DNA of 45,944 bases, from positions 1 through 45,944 of IMG/VR virus record IMGVR_UViG_3300042401_002914; one strand, given 5' to 3'. The notes under the pieces were generated by a model, which had not been told where the DNA came from, searched no databases, and was given only the letters and a program-made list of their open reading frames with translations. Origin of the DNA: a virus (Duplodnaviria > Caudoviricetes). How positions within the stretch are numbered: the first letter of the stretch is position 1; each line of letters opens with the position of its first letter. Shown here piece after piece: positions 18,038 to 26,518 of this stretch. Both the position numbers and the translations under genes were made by a program.

Positions 18038-18979
18038 ATGTCACTTCCTAGGCTTTCCGCAAGCAAAATAAAATCTTATAGTAGTTGTTCCTATCTTGCA
18101 TATTTAAAATATAACTGTGGTTTGCCTTCAAAGGGAAATACTGGTTCAAAACTGGGTGGAATAACTCATATTATTTTAGAATGTTTGGCTCATCCAAAAA
18201 GAAAAGAAAAGGTGAGTCAAGCTCTTGCTTGCGAAAGGCCATTATCATTACCATGTCTTCATAGACTTACTTCCAAATGGCTCAAAAAAGAAGAAGTGGA
18301 TTCTTCTGAAAATTATGAAAAAATAAATGGGTTTTTGGTAACCGGGTTAGAAAATGATTTCTATGGAAAAGGATGTGAGAAATATGAGACAGAATACGAA
18401 TTCAATATAAATAATGGCAAATATTGGATTTATGGTTTTATAGATAGACTCTTTATCTATGAAGATCATATCAGAATTTTAGATTTTAAATCTTCTAAAT
18501 CTAAATTTGCAAAGGGTTCAGAGGATATGGATTTCAATATCCAAGCATTGATTTATGCATTGGTTGCTTCTAAGATGTATCCCGGAAAAAAAATAACTGT
18601 AGAATTTCTTTTCCTTAAATTTCGAAAAAATCCTTATATTAAGATGGAATTCTCATTGAGCCAGATAGAAGCTTTCGAGCATTATCTTGAGTATATATCT
18701 GGATATTTACAAGATTTTGGATTAGAAAAAGCTCTGGCCAATACAGCTGCTGGAGATTTCAAACGTAAATGGCTCTGTGGAAAAGAGCCTTTCACTTATA
18801 AAGAAGATGGTTCTCCTGTTTGGGTTTGTGAGTACAAAGCTCCTTTTTTATATTTTGAAGCTGTAAAGGAAGGTTCTCCTTCTAAATCAGCTTATTTTAA
18901 AAAAGAACTTGATAGTTATGTAAATTTAGGTTATACTATAGTTCAGAGAAAACACTCTGGCTGCCCTAAATTTAACTAA
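18038..18979 (+). CDS. PD-(D/E)XK nuclease (RecB/AddB/Cas4-like)
   Basis: LSASKIKSY..C, G...H..LE, GFIDRL, ILDFKSS, Q...Y; Cys residues at both termini. Confidence 0.85.
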   Translation: MSLPRLSASKIKSYSSCSYLAYLKYNCGLPSKGNTGSKLGGITHIILECLAHPKRKEKVSQALACERPLSLPCLHRLTSKWLKKEEVDSSENYEKINGFLVTGLENDFYGKGCEKYETEYEFNINNGKYWIYGFIDRLFIYEDHIRILDFKSSKSKFAKGSEDMDFNIQALIYALVASKMYPGKKITVEFLFLKFRKNPYIKMEFSLSQIEAFEHYLEYISGYLQDFGLEKALANTAAGDFKRKWLCGKEPFTYKEDGSPVWVCEYKAPFLYFEAVKEGSPSKSAYFKKELDSYVNLGYTIVQRKHSGCPKFN

Positions 18980-19147
18980 TCATTTTTTTATATTGCTAAC
19001 TATTTTAATGCTTTGTACGCCTTGTACGCCTTGGACGCCTTGGATGCCTTGGATGCCTTGGATGCCTTGGATGCCTTGTACTCCTTGTACTCCTTGGATT
19101 CCTTGAACACCTTGTAAACTTTTATTTTTTTTTGTTTTAGAATTCAT
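18980..19147 (-). CDS. 55-aa collagen-like mini-protein, (G-V/I-Q)x11
   Basis: Manual translation: [12 protein letters not shown](GVQ/GIQ)11[10 protein letters not shown]. Synonymous codon variation occurs within the repeat. Absent from the ORF track (shorter than its shortest ORFs). Confidence 0.75.
   Translation of the reverse strand: MNSKTKKNKSLQGVQGIQGVQGVQGIQGIQGIQGIQGVQGVQGVQSIKIVSNIKK
19013..19114. repeat. 9-bp tandem repeat, about 11 copies (e.g. CCTTGGATG, CCTTGTACG)
   Basis: Directly visible; encodes the Gly-X-Gln triplets on the minus strand. Confidence 0.95.
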
Positions 19148-19185
19148 ATATTCATTTACACTTATTTCATTAAATTATATATATA

Positions 19186-19947
19186 ATGATTCCTCTTTTT
19201 AAAAGCCATTACTCACTTTTACGTAGTATATTAACTCTTGATCCTTATGAAAAAGATAAAGATACTGATCTTTCTGATAGTATTATAAATATTGCTGTTG
19301 AGAATAATCTAAAAGAATTGTGCCTTGTAGAGGATACAATGGCAGGATTCATAGCTGCACTTCAAGCTTGCAAAGACTCTAAAATTAAACTTATTTTTGG
19401 CTTAAGAGTTTCTTTTATAAATAATTCTTCAGAAGAAAATTCTTTGTCTTCTCATAAAAATATTATTTTTCCCAAAAATTTAAATGGATATAAATCTTTG
19501 ATTAAGTTGTCTACTATGGCGGCTTATAATAATTTCAATAAGGAGGCAAGGCTTTCTTATTCTGATTTACATTCTCTTTGGAATGAAGATTTGGCATTGG
19601 CTATTCCTTTTTATGATTCTTTCCTTCATAAAAATCTACTACAAGGATATCTTTGTGTTCCAGAATTGAAAAAGATTAAACCTACAGTTTTTCTTGAGGA
19701 TAATAACCTACCTTTTGATTATTTAATTAGGGAAGCTGCTCTTCTTTTTGCTAAAGTGAATGGTCTTAAGACAGAAGAGGTTAAAAGCATTTATTATAAA
19801 AATAGGAGTGATTACGAGGCCTTCCTTACTTTAAAGTGCTTGAATAGAAAACAATTTGGATCAGGAAGAACACTTGACAATCCCGGATTTGATCATATGT
19901 CTTCTAGGGAATTTTGTTGGGAATCATTTCAAGAAAACAAAAAATAA
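19186..19947 (+). CDS. Stand-alone PHP domain of DNA polymerase III alpha
   Basis: FKSHYSLLRS, IKLIFGLR, KNLNGYKSLIKLST: the N-terminal PHP pattern of DnaE. Confidence 0.8.
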   Translation: MIPLFKSHYSLLRSILTLDPYEKDKDTDLSDSIINIAVENNLKELCLVEDTMAGFIAALQACKDSKIKLIFGLRVSFINNSSEENSLSSHKNIIFPKNLNGYKSLIKLSTMAAYNNFNKEARLSYSDLHSLWNEDLALAIPFYDSFLHKNLLQGYLCVPELKKIKPTVFLEDNNLPFDYLIREAALLFAKVNGLKTEEVKSIYYKNRSDYEAFLTLKCLNRKQFGSGRTLDNPGFDHMSSREFCWESFQENKK

Positions 19948-19949
19948 AT

Positions 19950-20180
19950 ATGCAAACAATAAAAGAAGGCGACTTTGTAAAAACAAGAATTTTCTTTGGA
20001 GATACTGGGAGGGTCGGAAAAGTTGTAGAAATCGTTTATCAAGATGGAACTCCTATTTACGATTGCATAACTGAGGATGGGTCACTTTCATTTAGTGATC
20101 CTCTTTTAATAGAGAGAAAAGAAGCTCAAGCTCTTATCAAGAAACTTCAAAAGAAAATAGATTTTTTAAACCAAATATGA
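19950..20180 (+). CDS. Hypothetical protein
   Basis: ORF 19914..20180; ATG 19950 (MQTIKEGD) lies 2 nt after the PHP stop codon. Confidence 0.6.
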   Translation: MQTIKEGDFVKTRIFFGDTGRVGKVVEIVYQDGTPIYDCITEDGSLSFSDPLLIERKEAQALIKKLQKKIDFLNQI

Positions 20181-20797
20181 ATAAACTCGATATCAATCAG
20201 CGCATTTACTTCGCTGATACTGAAACTGAAGGACTTAATCTTAACACCTCTCGTCCTTGGGAGTTTGCTTGGGTTATAATGGAGAATGGAAAGATTTTGG
20301 ATAGCCAGTCTAGGTATTTATGGTGGGAAGATTTAAATGTTAATGCTAAGGCGGCTGAAGTTACAGGTTTTAATTTTAAAGAGTATGAAAAGAAAGCTGT
20401 CTGTCCAAAGAAGGTTTATGAAGAAATAGCTCCTTGGTTTTTTGGAGAAGACTTATTAGGTTTTCATAATGGTTTAAATTTCGATGCTTATCAAATTCGG
20501 AATTGGTTTAGGGAGATAGGTAAGCCTATTGATTTTGAATGGATCAAAAGAGTTGTCGATACTAATGCTCTAGCAAAAGCTTACCTTTCTGGTGCAAAAC
20601 CAGATTTTGATAATTTTGATGCATGGCAAACTCGTTGGGCTAATTTTATTAAAAGAGGTTTAAAAAGTAATGTTACTTATTTGTGTAATGAATGGGGAAT
20701 AGAAATAGATGCCTCTAGGACTCACCAAGGTGACTATGATTGTTATTTGACTGCTCAGATATTTAAAAAACTTGCTTATAATTTTCAGGAATCTTAA
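20177..20797 (+). CDS. DEDDh 3'-5' exonuclease (DnaQ/epsilon-like)
   Basis: ADTETEGL (ExoI), HNGLNFD (ExoII), H.G.YD (ExoIII). Confidence 0.9.
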   Translation: MNKLDINQRIYFADTETEGLNLNTSRPWEFAWVIMENGKILDSQSRYLWWEDLNVNAKAAEVTGFNFKEYEKKAVCPKKVYEEIAPWFFGEDLLGFHNGLNFDAYQIRNWFREIGKPIDFEWIKRVVDTNALAKAYLSGAKPDFDNFDAWQTRWANFIKRGLKSNVTYLCNEWGIEIDASRTHQGDYDCYLTAQIFKKLAYNFQES

Positions 20798-20800
20798 TTT

Positions 20801-23371
20801 ATGTTATTCTTTTTAGATCAGTTCGAAAATATAGATCTTAATATCCATGGTATTAGATTGCCCAAATTCTCCTTAAGTAAGGAAGACTATTCTACTCTAG
20901 AGCTTCCTTTTACTTTAAATGGAACAGACTTGACAAGTCTAGAGCTTTTTAATTTACTAGTTGAAAGAGGATTTGAAAAGAGATTGAAAAATGATATTGA
21001 TCCTAAAAAAGAAAAATCTTATAGAGATAGATTGTCTTATGAAATGGGGGTTATTTCGCCCACAGATTTCGTAGATTATTTATTGATGGTATGGGATGTA
21101 GTCAACATAGCTAAGAAGAATAAGATCGCTGTAGGGCCGGGAAGAGGCAGTGCTGCATCAAGCTTAGTTCTATACTGTCTAGAGGTGACAGATGTAGATC
21201 CTGTAGAGAACGGGCTTTTCTTTGAAAGGTTTCTTTCCCCATCTAGAACAACTCCAAATATTGTTGATGGTGTTAAGTATTACTCTGATGCTGCCGACAT
21301 TGATCTAGACATTGAAGATTCGAAACGTGAAAAATTAATTGAAATTCTAAAAGAAAAATATAATGGATACTTTTGCAAAATATCTACTCATAGCACATTA
21401 CAAAGTAGAAAATGTATTAAGGAAGTTTGTAAAATTGTTTTGGGATATTCAGAACAGCAAAGCCTTGAGATTTCTGCACAGATTCCTTCTCTATTTGGGA
21501 AGGTTCATTCCTTGAAGAAAGCTGTAGAAGAAGTCCCTTCTTTCGCTAAGTTTGTTAAGGATAATCCAAAAGCTTATAAAATAGCTTTGAAGCTTGCAGA
21601 ACTAAATTGTTCTAAAGGCTCTCATGCGAGTGCATATATAGTATCTTATAATAAGTTAATCGACTCTATCCCATGTGAAATGGGCGAAGGAGAAATGGTT
21701 ACAACTTATGATATGGATTATGCTCAACTTGATAATATTAAGCTTGATTTGTTGGGATTGAAAGCTGTCGGTATTATCAATGAAGTTTGCTCTAATTTAA
21801 ATTTAGATCCAAAAGACTTTAAAATAGATTATGAGAATGTTTTTAAGAATCTTCAAGACGTGAAGTATCCTTATGGACTTTTTCAAATTAGTGGAGATTG
21901 TAACTTGGGCGTAGTGAATAAAGTAAAGCCTAAGAATATGGATCATCTTGCAGCTGTTACGGCGCTTGCTAGGCCCGGAGCATTGCAGTTCGTTGATAGA
22001 TATGCTCAGTTCGTTAATGAAGGTAAGAATGAGTCTATCCACCCATTCTTTGATGAGCTTTTGAAGTCAACTGCATCTCTGGCTCTTTACCAAGAGTCTA
22101 CCATGCAAATGTGTGAGAAGATTGGTTTAACAAAAGCTGATGGAGAAATCATTAGAAAATGCATTGGCAAGAAGAAGATAAAAGACATGGCAAAGTGGAA
22201 AGATGTCATCTTTGAAACCTGTGAGAAAAATGGCTTAAATAAAGAAATTCCAGAGTTGTTGTGGAAGATTTTGGAGGATTCTGCAAATTATTCGTTCAAT
22301 AAAAGTCACAGTTTTTCATATGCAACTATCGCAGCTTCAACGGTTTATCTAAAACATAAATACCCTCAACAGTTCTTTCTTGCCTGTCTAAAAATAGCTT
22401 CTACAAGAGGTGACTTCATAGAGCAGTTTCAGCTTATTCAACATGAGCTTCCTCATTTTGGCATTGAACTTCTTCCTCCCAATGTTGCTAAAAGTGGATT
22501 AGCCTTTTCTATTGAGGGCAAAAACATTAGATTTGGATTAGGAGAGATTAAAGGCATCTCAGATAAAAGTATAGAGAAGTTAAAGAGTTTCATATCTTCT
22601 GATATAGATTCTGATTTTAAACTTTACAACTCTGCAAAGGATGCAAGATTGGGGATTGGAATTCTTTCTTCTCTCATTCAAAGTGGTGCTCTAGGACATT
22701 CTATTAAAGATAGATCTAAGAAGGTTTTAGAAGCTCAATTATGGAATCTTTTAACTCCTAAAGAAAAAATATTTTGTATAAATAATGAGCATAAATATAA
22801 TTCAGATCTCGTTATTATGCTTAAAGATTATCTGAACTGGATAGACTCTAATGGTAAAAAGTTTACAAAAGAATCTCGTTTGAGTACTATTAGAAAGAAT
22901 TCTCTAGGTTATTTTAAAATATATAATCTTAATAGCCGAAATGAATTACTAGCCTCGTTCTTTTATGAAAGGATGCTTTTAGGATTTTCTTATTCAACTA
23001 CTATGAAAATGGTTTTTGGAGACTTGAATCCTAAAATCAGAAATCTAGATGAGATTGATAAATATGTTCGTCTTAAGGGTTCTTTCGAACTTACTTGTAT
23101 TGTAAAGGATATTATCCAAGGAAAAAGCAAAAGCGGTAATATTTATCTGAAAATGAAAGTTTTCGATGAGACAGGTTCAAATTATGCTATGCTATTAGGC
23201 GACAAATTAGCAAAATATTTAAAACAAGCTGAAGCACCAAAAGAGGAAGATATATTGTATATAACAGGAGAGAAAGGAGAAGACATACTTTGGATAAATC
23301 ATATGGAGGTCCAAAATCATAAAGCTTACACAAAGCTCTCGGAATTAAAAAATATAGAAGAAAATGAATAA
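20801..23371 (+). CDS. dnaE: DNA polymerase III alpha, catalytic part (no PHP domain)
   Basis: GPGRGSAASSLV.Y.L..T.VDP, FERFL, DIDLD, KLDLLGL, ARPG, YQE, FNKSH, IRFGL..IKG, C-terminal OB fold. Confidence 0.95.
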   Translation: MLFFLDQFENIDLNIHGIRLPKFSLSKEDYSTLELPFTLNGTDLTSLELFNLLVERGFEKRLKNDIDPKKEKSYRDRLSYEMGVISPTDFVDYLLMVWDVVNIAKKNKIAVGPGRGSAASSLVLYCLEVTDVDPVENGLFFERFLSPSRTTPNIVDGVKYYSDAADIDLDIEDSKREKLIEILKEKYNGYFCKISTHSTLQSRKCIKEVCKIVLGYSEQQSLEISAQIPSLFGKVHSLKKAVEEVPSFAKFVKDNPKAYKIALKLAELNCSKGSHASAYIVSYNKLIDSIPCEMGEGEMVTTYDMDYAQLDNIKLDLLGLKAVGIINEVCSNLNLDPKDFKIDYENVFKNLQDVKYPYGLFQISGDCNLGVVNKVKPKNMDHLAAVTALARPGALQFVDRYAQFVNEGKNESIHPFFDELLKSTASLALYQESTMQMCEKIGLTKADGEIIRKCIGKKKIKDMAKWKDVIFETCEKNGLNKEIPELLWKILEDSANYSFNKSHSFSYATIAASTVYLKHKYPQQFFLACLKIASTRGDFIEQFQLIQHELPHFGIELLPPNVAKSGLAFSIEGKNIRFGLGEIKGISDKSIEKLKSFISSDIDSDFKLYNSAKDARLGIGILSSLIQSGALGHSIKDRSKKVLEAQLWNLLTPKEKIFCINNEHKYNSDLVIMLKDYLNWIDSNGKKFTKESRLSTIRKNSLGYFKIYNLNSRNELLASFFYERMLLGFSYSTTMKMVFGDLNPKIRNLDEIDKYVRLKGSFELTCIVKDIIQGKSKSGNIYLKMKVFDETGSNYAMLLGDKLAKYLKQAEAPKEEDILYITGEKGEDILWINHMEVQNHKAYTKLSELKNIEENE

Positions 23372-23726
23372 TAATATGAATAAAGAAATCTTAGATGCTG
23401 AAATTATTAATGAAGAGTTAAATACTGAAACATCAGAACCTACTATTGCCACTGATACTAAAACTCTATTTAGAGTATTATTTAAGGCTTCTGGGGAAAA
23501 TGCTTCATCTGCTTTTTTTGACTATGTAGAGCCTCATTCATTTAATTCTGAAATTGTAGTTGCATTAATGCATTTAATTTTAAATTCTTATTGCTCAATG
23601 GTGCCAGAAGATGAGCGAGAAAGTTTTGCTATAGATGTTGTGCAAAAATTCATTGAGTCTTTGAAAGGAGAAGAAGCTGCCGCTGAAGAAGATATTCCTG
23701 ATAAGCCTGAGCATGATGGCAATTAA
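23364..23726 (+). CDS. Acidic hypothetical protein
   Basis: 120-aa ORF; shares a segment with the next ORF. Confidence 0.6.
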   Translation: MNNNMNKEILDAEIINEELNTETSEPTIATDTKTLFRVLFKASGENASSAFFDYVEPHSFNSEIVVALMHLILNSYCSMVPEDERESFAIDVVQKFIESLKGEEAAAEEDIPDKPEHDGN

Positions 23727-23734
23727 AAATACTC

Positions 23735-23998
23735 ATGAGCGTAGATAAAGAATCTTTAGAAATTTTACTTTCAATAGGTCAAATTTTTTCTAAAAAAAAT
23801 GAATCATGGCTTCCATTTATAAAAGATGAAAAAAGTCATGACTTTGATGCTTTATGGGTTGCGTCCTTAATGTATTTAATATATGATAAATATATATCTT
23901 CTATAGACGATGATAAACAAAATGAATTTTCAGAAGAAGTATTGGAGCTTTTTGATTTCATTCTTGAAAATGGAATGGAGCATATTTTTAAAGCTTGA
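23735..23998 (+). CDS. Acidic hypothetical protein
   Basis: 87-aa ORF; shares a segment with the previous ORF. Confidence 0.6.
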   Translation: MSVDKESLEILLSIGQIFSKKNESWLPFIKDEKSHDFDALWVASLMYLIYDKYISSIDDDKQNEFSEEVLELFDFILENGMEHIFKA

Positions 23999-24044
23999 GA
24001 AACATTTTTCATTTTAGAATGTAATATTAATATACAAAAATTTT

Positions 24045-24058
24045 GAGACGAAAGTCTC
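24045..24058 (+). promoter_or_regulatory. GAAA-tetraloop hairpin in the leader of the SSB-like gene
   Basis: GAGAC-GAAA-GTCTC followed by an A-rich stretch up to ATG 24098. Confidence 0.5.
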
Positions 24059-24097
24059 TTTCCAAAAAACAAACTAAACAAATAAAAAAATACTCGA

Positions 24098-24742
24098 ATG
24101 TTAGGCAATAAAAACGAAAAAACTGGAACGCTTTTAATCCTTAAACCTGTTTCTAAAGTAAATGGCGAAAGTGTTAAACCTTTTTTTGAAGTCTCATCTA
24201 AAGATGTAGCTACAAATAAATGGGTTCCATCTACAGATAACTCTATCAACTCTATCTCTGGCTCACTATTTAAAATTGAAGCTGTAGAAGAGGAATATAA
24301 GGGTGATAAATACTTTAGGGTTAAAGCTATTATTAAAGATAAAGATGAAAGCTATCTTATTCCTTTTCGAATGAATATTGCTACTCGAAGCCTTCTAAAT
24401 TCTTTCTTTAACTTAGAATCTTTTGAAAATATCTCTATTCGATATTACTTGTCTAAATCTGGTTATGATTCGTACTATGTTAGTCAAAATGATGAAAAGG
24501 TAACTTGGAAGTTTGAGTCCTCAGAGCTTCCTCCTCCAGAAGAAATCTCTTTCAAAGGAAAAATTATTCGAGATTTTACTAAGATTGATTTGTTTTTTGT
24601 AGATCAAATTAAAATCCTTAATGAAAGGATTAAACTAAATCCTGCTAAAGCCTCTGAAGAAACTGGAACTAAATCTGCTGTTTCGAGTATTGATTCTGAA
24701 GAAACTGAAAGTTGGGATAGCGAAGAAGAAGTTCCTTTTTAA
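24098..24742 (+). CDS. Putative single-stranded DNA-binding protein
   Basis: Aromatic, beta-rich core with an acidic tail ending WDSEEEVPF, typical of SSB C-termini; replication context. Confidence 0.6.
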   Translation: MLGNKNEKTGTLLILKPVSKVNGESVKPFFEVSSKDVATNKWVPSTDNSINSISGSLFKIEAVEEEYKGDKYFRVKAIIKDKDESYLIPFRMNIATRSLLNSFFNLESFENISIRYYLSKSGYDSYYVSQNDEKVTWKFESSELPPPEEISFKGKIIRDFTKIDLFFVDQIKILNERIKLNPAKASEETGTKSAVSSIDSEETESWDSEEEVPF

Positions 24743-24764
24743 TGCTTAGTTAAGTAAAATATTC

Positions 24765-24800
24765 GAGGCTTCTCACTTTTTAAGTGAGCGGCCTTTTTTT
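24765..24800 (+). terminator. Rho-independent terminator
   Basis: GAGGCT.CTCACTT-ttt-AAGTGAG.GGCCTT followed by a T run. Confidence 0.8.
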
Positions 24801-24825
24801 ATAAATATTTAAACAATATAATCAA

Positions 24826-26517
24826 ATGCAAAGAAAGAAAAAAGTAGTATTACACTCTAATTCATGTTTAGCCAATACTGGTTTTGGTAGACATATGAAA
24901 TTTTTATTGTCCTATCTTTTTAGAACAGGTAAGTATGAATTAGTAGAGTACGCAGGAGGATCTTTTACGTGGAGTGATAATATTTGTAAGTCAATGCCTT
25001 GGAAGTGTTATGGATGCCTACCTGATGATCCTAGGGAATTAGATAAATTTAGAGGAGATGCTTCTAAAATGCAAGCTATTCAGTACGGAGAATATAACAT
25101 AAATCGAGTTCTTGAGACTGAAAAACCTGATGCTTTAATAATGTTAGAGGATATATGGGGTATGCCTTATTTTGACAAACCTTGGATTAATAAATTCCCT
25201 CATGTTTTTTGGACACCTATTGATTCTCTTCCTTTGCTAAAAGTATTTAAAGAGCAAAAAGATAAATTTGGTAATCTTTGGGTTAAAGCTCAGTTTGCTA
25301 AAGATGCTTTGGCAGAACAAGGAGTAGACTCTGAATATATGCCAGCTCTTATTGAGGATAAGAATTTTAAAATTTTATCTAAAGAACAAAAGAGAGCTGT
25401 GAGAAGAAAATTTGGAGTAGCGGATAATACTTTCGTATTTGGTTTTGTTTTTAGAAATCAATTAAGAAAGCTTGTGGGTACACTTATCGAAGCTTTTTCT
25501 ATTTTTAAACAAGCTCACCCAGAAATTGATTGTAAATTGTTTTTACATACGAATTGGTCAGAGGGATGGCGTATACCTGATTTCTTAGAAAGATTCAATG
25601 TAAGAAGAGAAGATGTTTTAACTACTTATGTATGTTCTTCTTGTAAAGATGTATCTGTAAAACCTTTCTTTGGTCAAGAATTGAACTGCCAAAATTGTAA
25701 ATCAGAAAAGAAAGTTAATACTTCAAATGTTTCTGTAGGAGTAGAAGAAGAAGATTTATGTGAATTGTACAATATGTGTGATGCTTATATTCACCCTGCT
25801 ACAAGTGGAGGATTTGAGATGCCTGTTTTAGAGGCCTTGTTCTGTGGTTTACCTGTAGCTACAACTAATTATTCTTATGGTACTAATTTTACAGTAAATC
25901 CTGAAGTGTTTCCTCTTGACTTTACTCTATATAGAGAACACGGATCTCAGTTTGATAAAGCTCAAGTCTTACCATCATCAATAGTCGAATTCATGGAAAA
26001 AATAACTTCTCTTTCAAGAGAAGAGATAGATAAGAAAGGATATGATCTAAGGCAATGGGCTTTAGAAAATTTTGATGGAAATAAAATTTGTGCTAAAATT
26101 GAGAAGTTTATAGATGATCTTCCTTTTACTGAGTATGATTTCAATTTTAATCAAAAATCTGAAGAGAATTTAGATAACAAAACTCTTTCTATAGAAGACA
26201 TCATAGATTACAAGAGTGATAAAAAAAGAATTCTATATGTAGAAGATGGCAATTTAGGAGATTGCATAGATTCTATAGCTGTTTTAGAGAGATTACAGAA
26301 AAAATTCCCTAAATCAGAATGGGATTACTATATATCGACATTGTTCCCTCAAATGTTTGAGCATTTAGATTTTATCAAAAAGACAATGCCTTGTAGTCCA
26401 GCTCTAGATGATGTTTTAGCAATGGAAGGCATAGAAAATCATAAAGGTTTTTTCGATATGGCTTTCCATCCAAAAATAACAAGAAATTGCGTAGATTTTA
26501 TCAAAAATAATTTTTAA
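24826..26517 (+). CDS. GT4-like glycosyltransferase with Zn-ribbon insertion and C-terminal GT9 N-domain
   Basis: TGFGR, FVFRNQLRK, CSSC...CQNC, LYN.CD.YIHP..SGGFEMPVLEA; C-terminal RILYV...LGD.I.....L..L.KKFP. Confidence 0.8.
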   Translation: MQRKKKVVLHSNSCLANTGFGRHMKFLLSYLFRTGKYELVEYAGGSFTWSDNICKSMPWKCYGCLPDDPRELDKFRGDASKMQAIQYGEYNINRVLETEKPDALIMLEDIWGMPYFDKPWINKFPHVFWTPIDSLPLLKVFKEQKDKFGNLWVKAQFAKDALAEQGVDSEYMPALIEDKNFKILSKEQKRAVRRKFGVADNTFVFGFVFRNQLRKLVGTLIEAFSIFKQAHPEIDCKLFLHTNWSEGWRIPDFLERFNVRREDVLTTYVCSSCKDVSVKPFFGQELNCQNCKSEKKVNTSNVSVGVEEEDLCELYNMCDAYIHPATSGGFEMPVLEALFCGLPVATTNYSYGTNFTVNPEVFPLDFTLYREHGSQFDKAQVLPSSIVEFMEKITSLSREEIDKKGYDLRQWALENFDGNKICAKIEKFIDDLPFTEYDFNFNQKSEENLDNKTLSIEDIIDYKSDKKRILYVEDGNLGDCIDSIAVLERLQKKFPKSEWDYYISTLFPQMFEHLDFIKKTMPCSPALDDVLAMEGIENHKGFFDMAFHPKITRNCVDFIKNNF

Positions 26518-26518
26518 T

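Noticed and set aside
18038-18979. Cas4 as part of a CRISPR-Cas system
   Set aside because: No other cas genes or arrays; stand-alone PD-(D/E)XK nucleases are common in phage replication modules.
19013-19114. Tandem repeat as a CRISPR array or iteron set
   Set aside because: The units are 9 bp with no spacers, and their variation follows codon structure, so it is a coding repeat.
19856-20074. 72-aa + strand ORF
   Set aside because: It overlaps the PHP gene and the 19950 ORF in another frame; the 19950 ORF fits the gene packing better.
19186-23371. Split intein joining PHP and DnaE
   Set aside because: No intein N-terminal (C/S-start block) or C-terminal HN/C motifs at the junctions.
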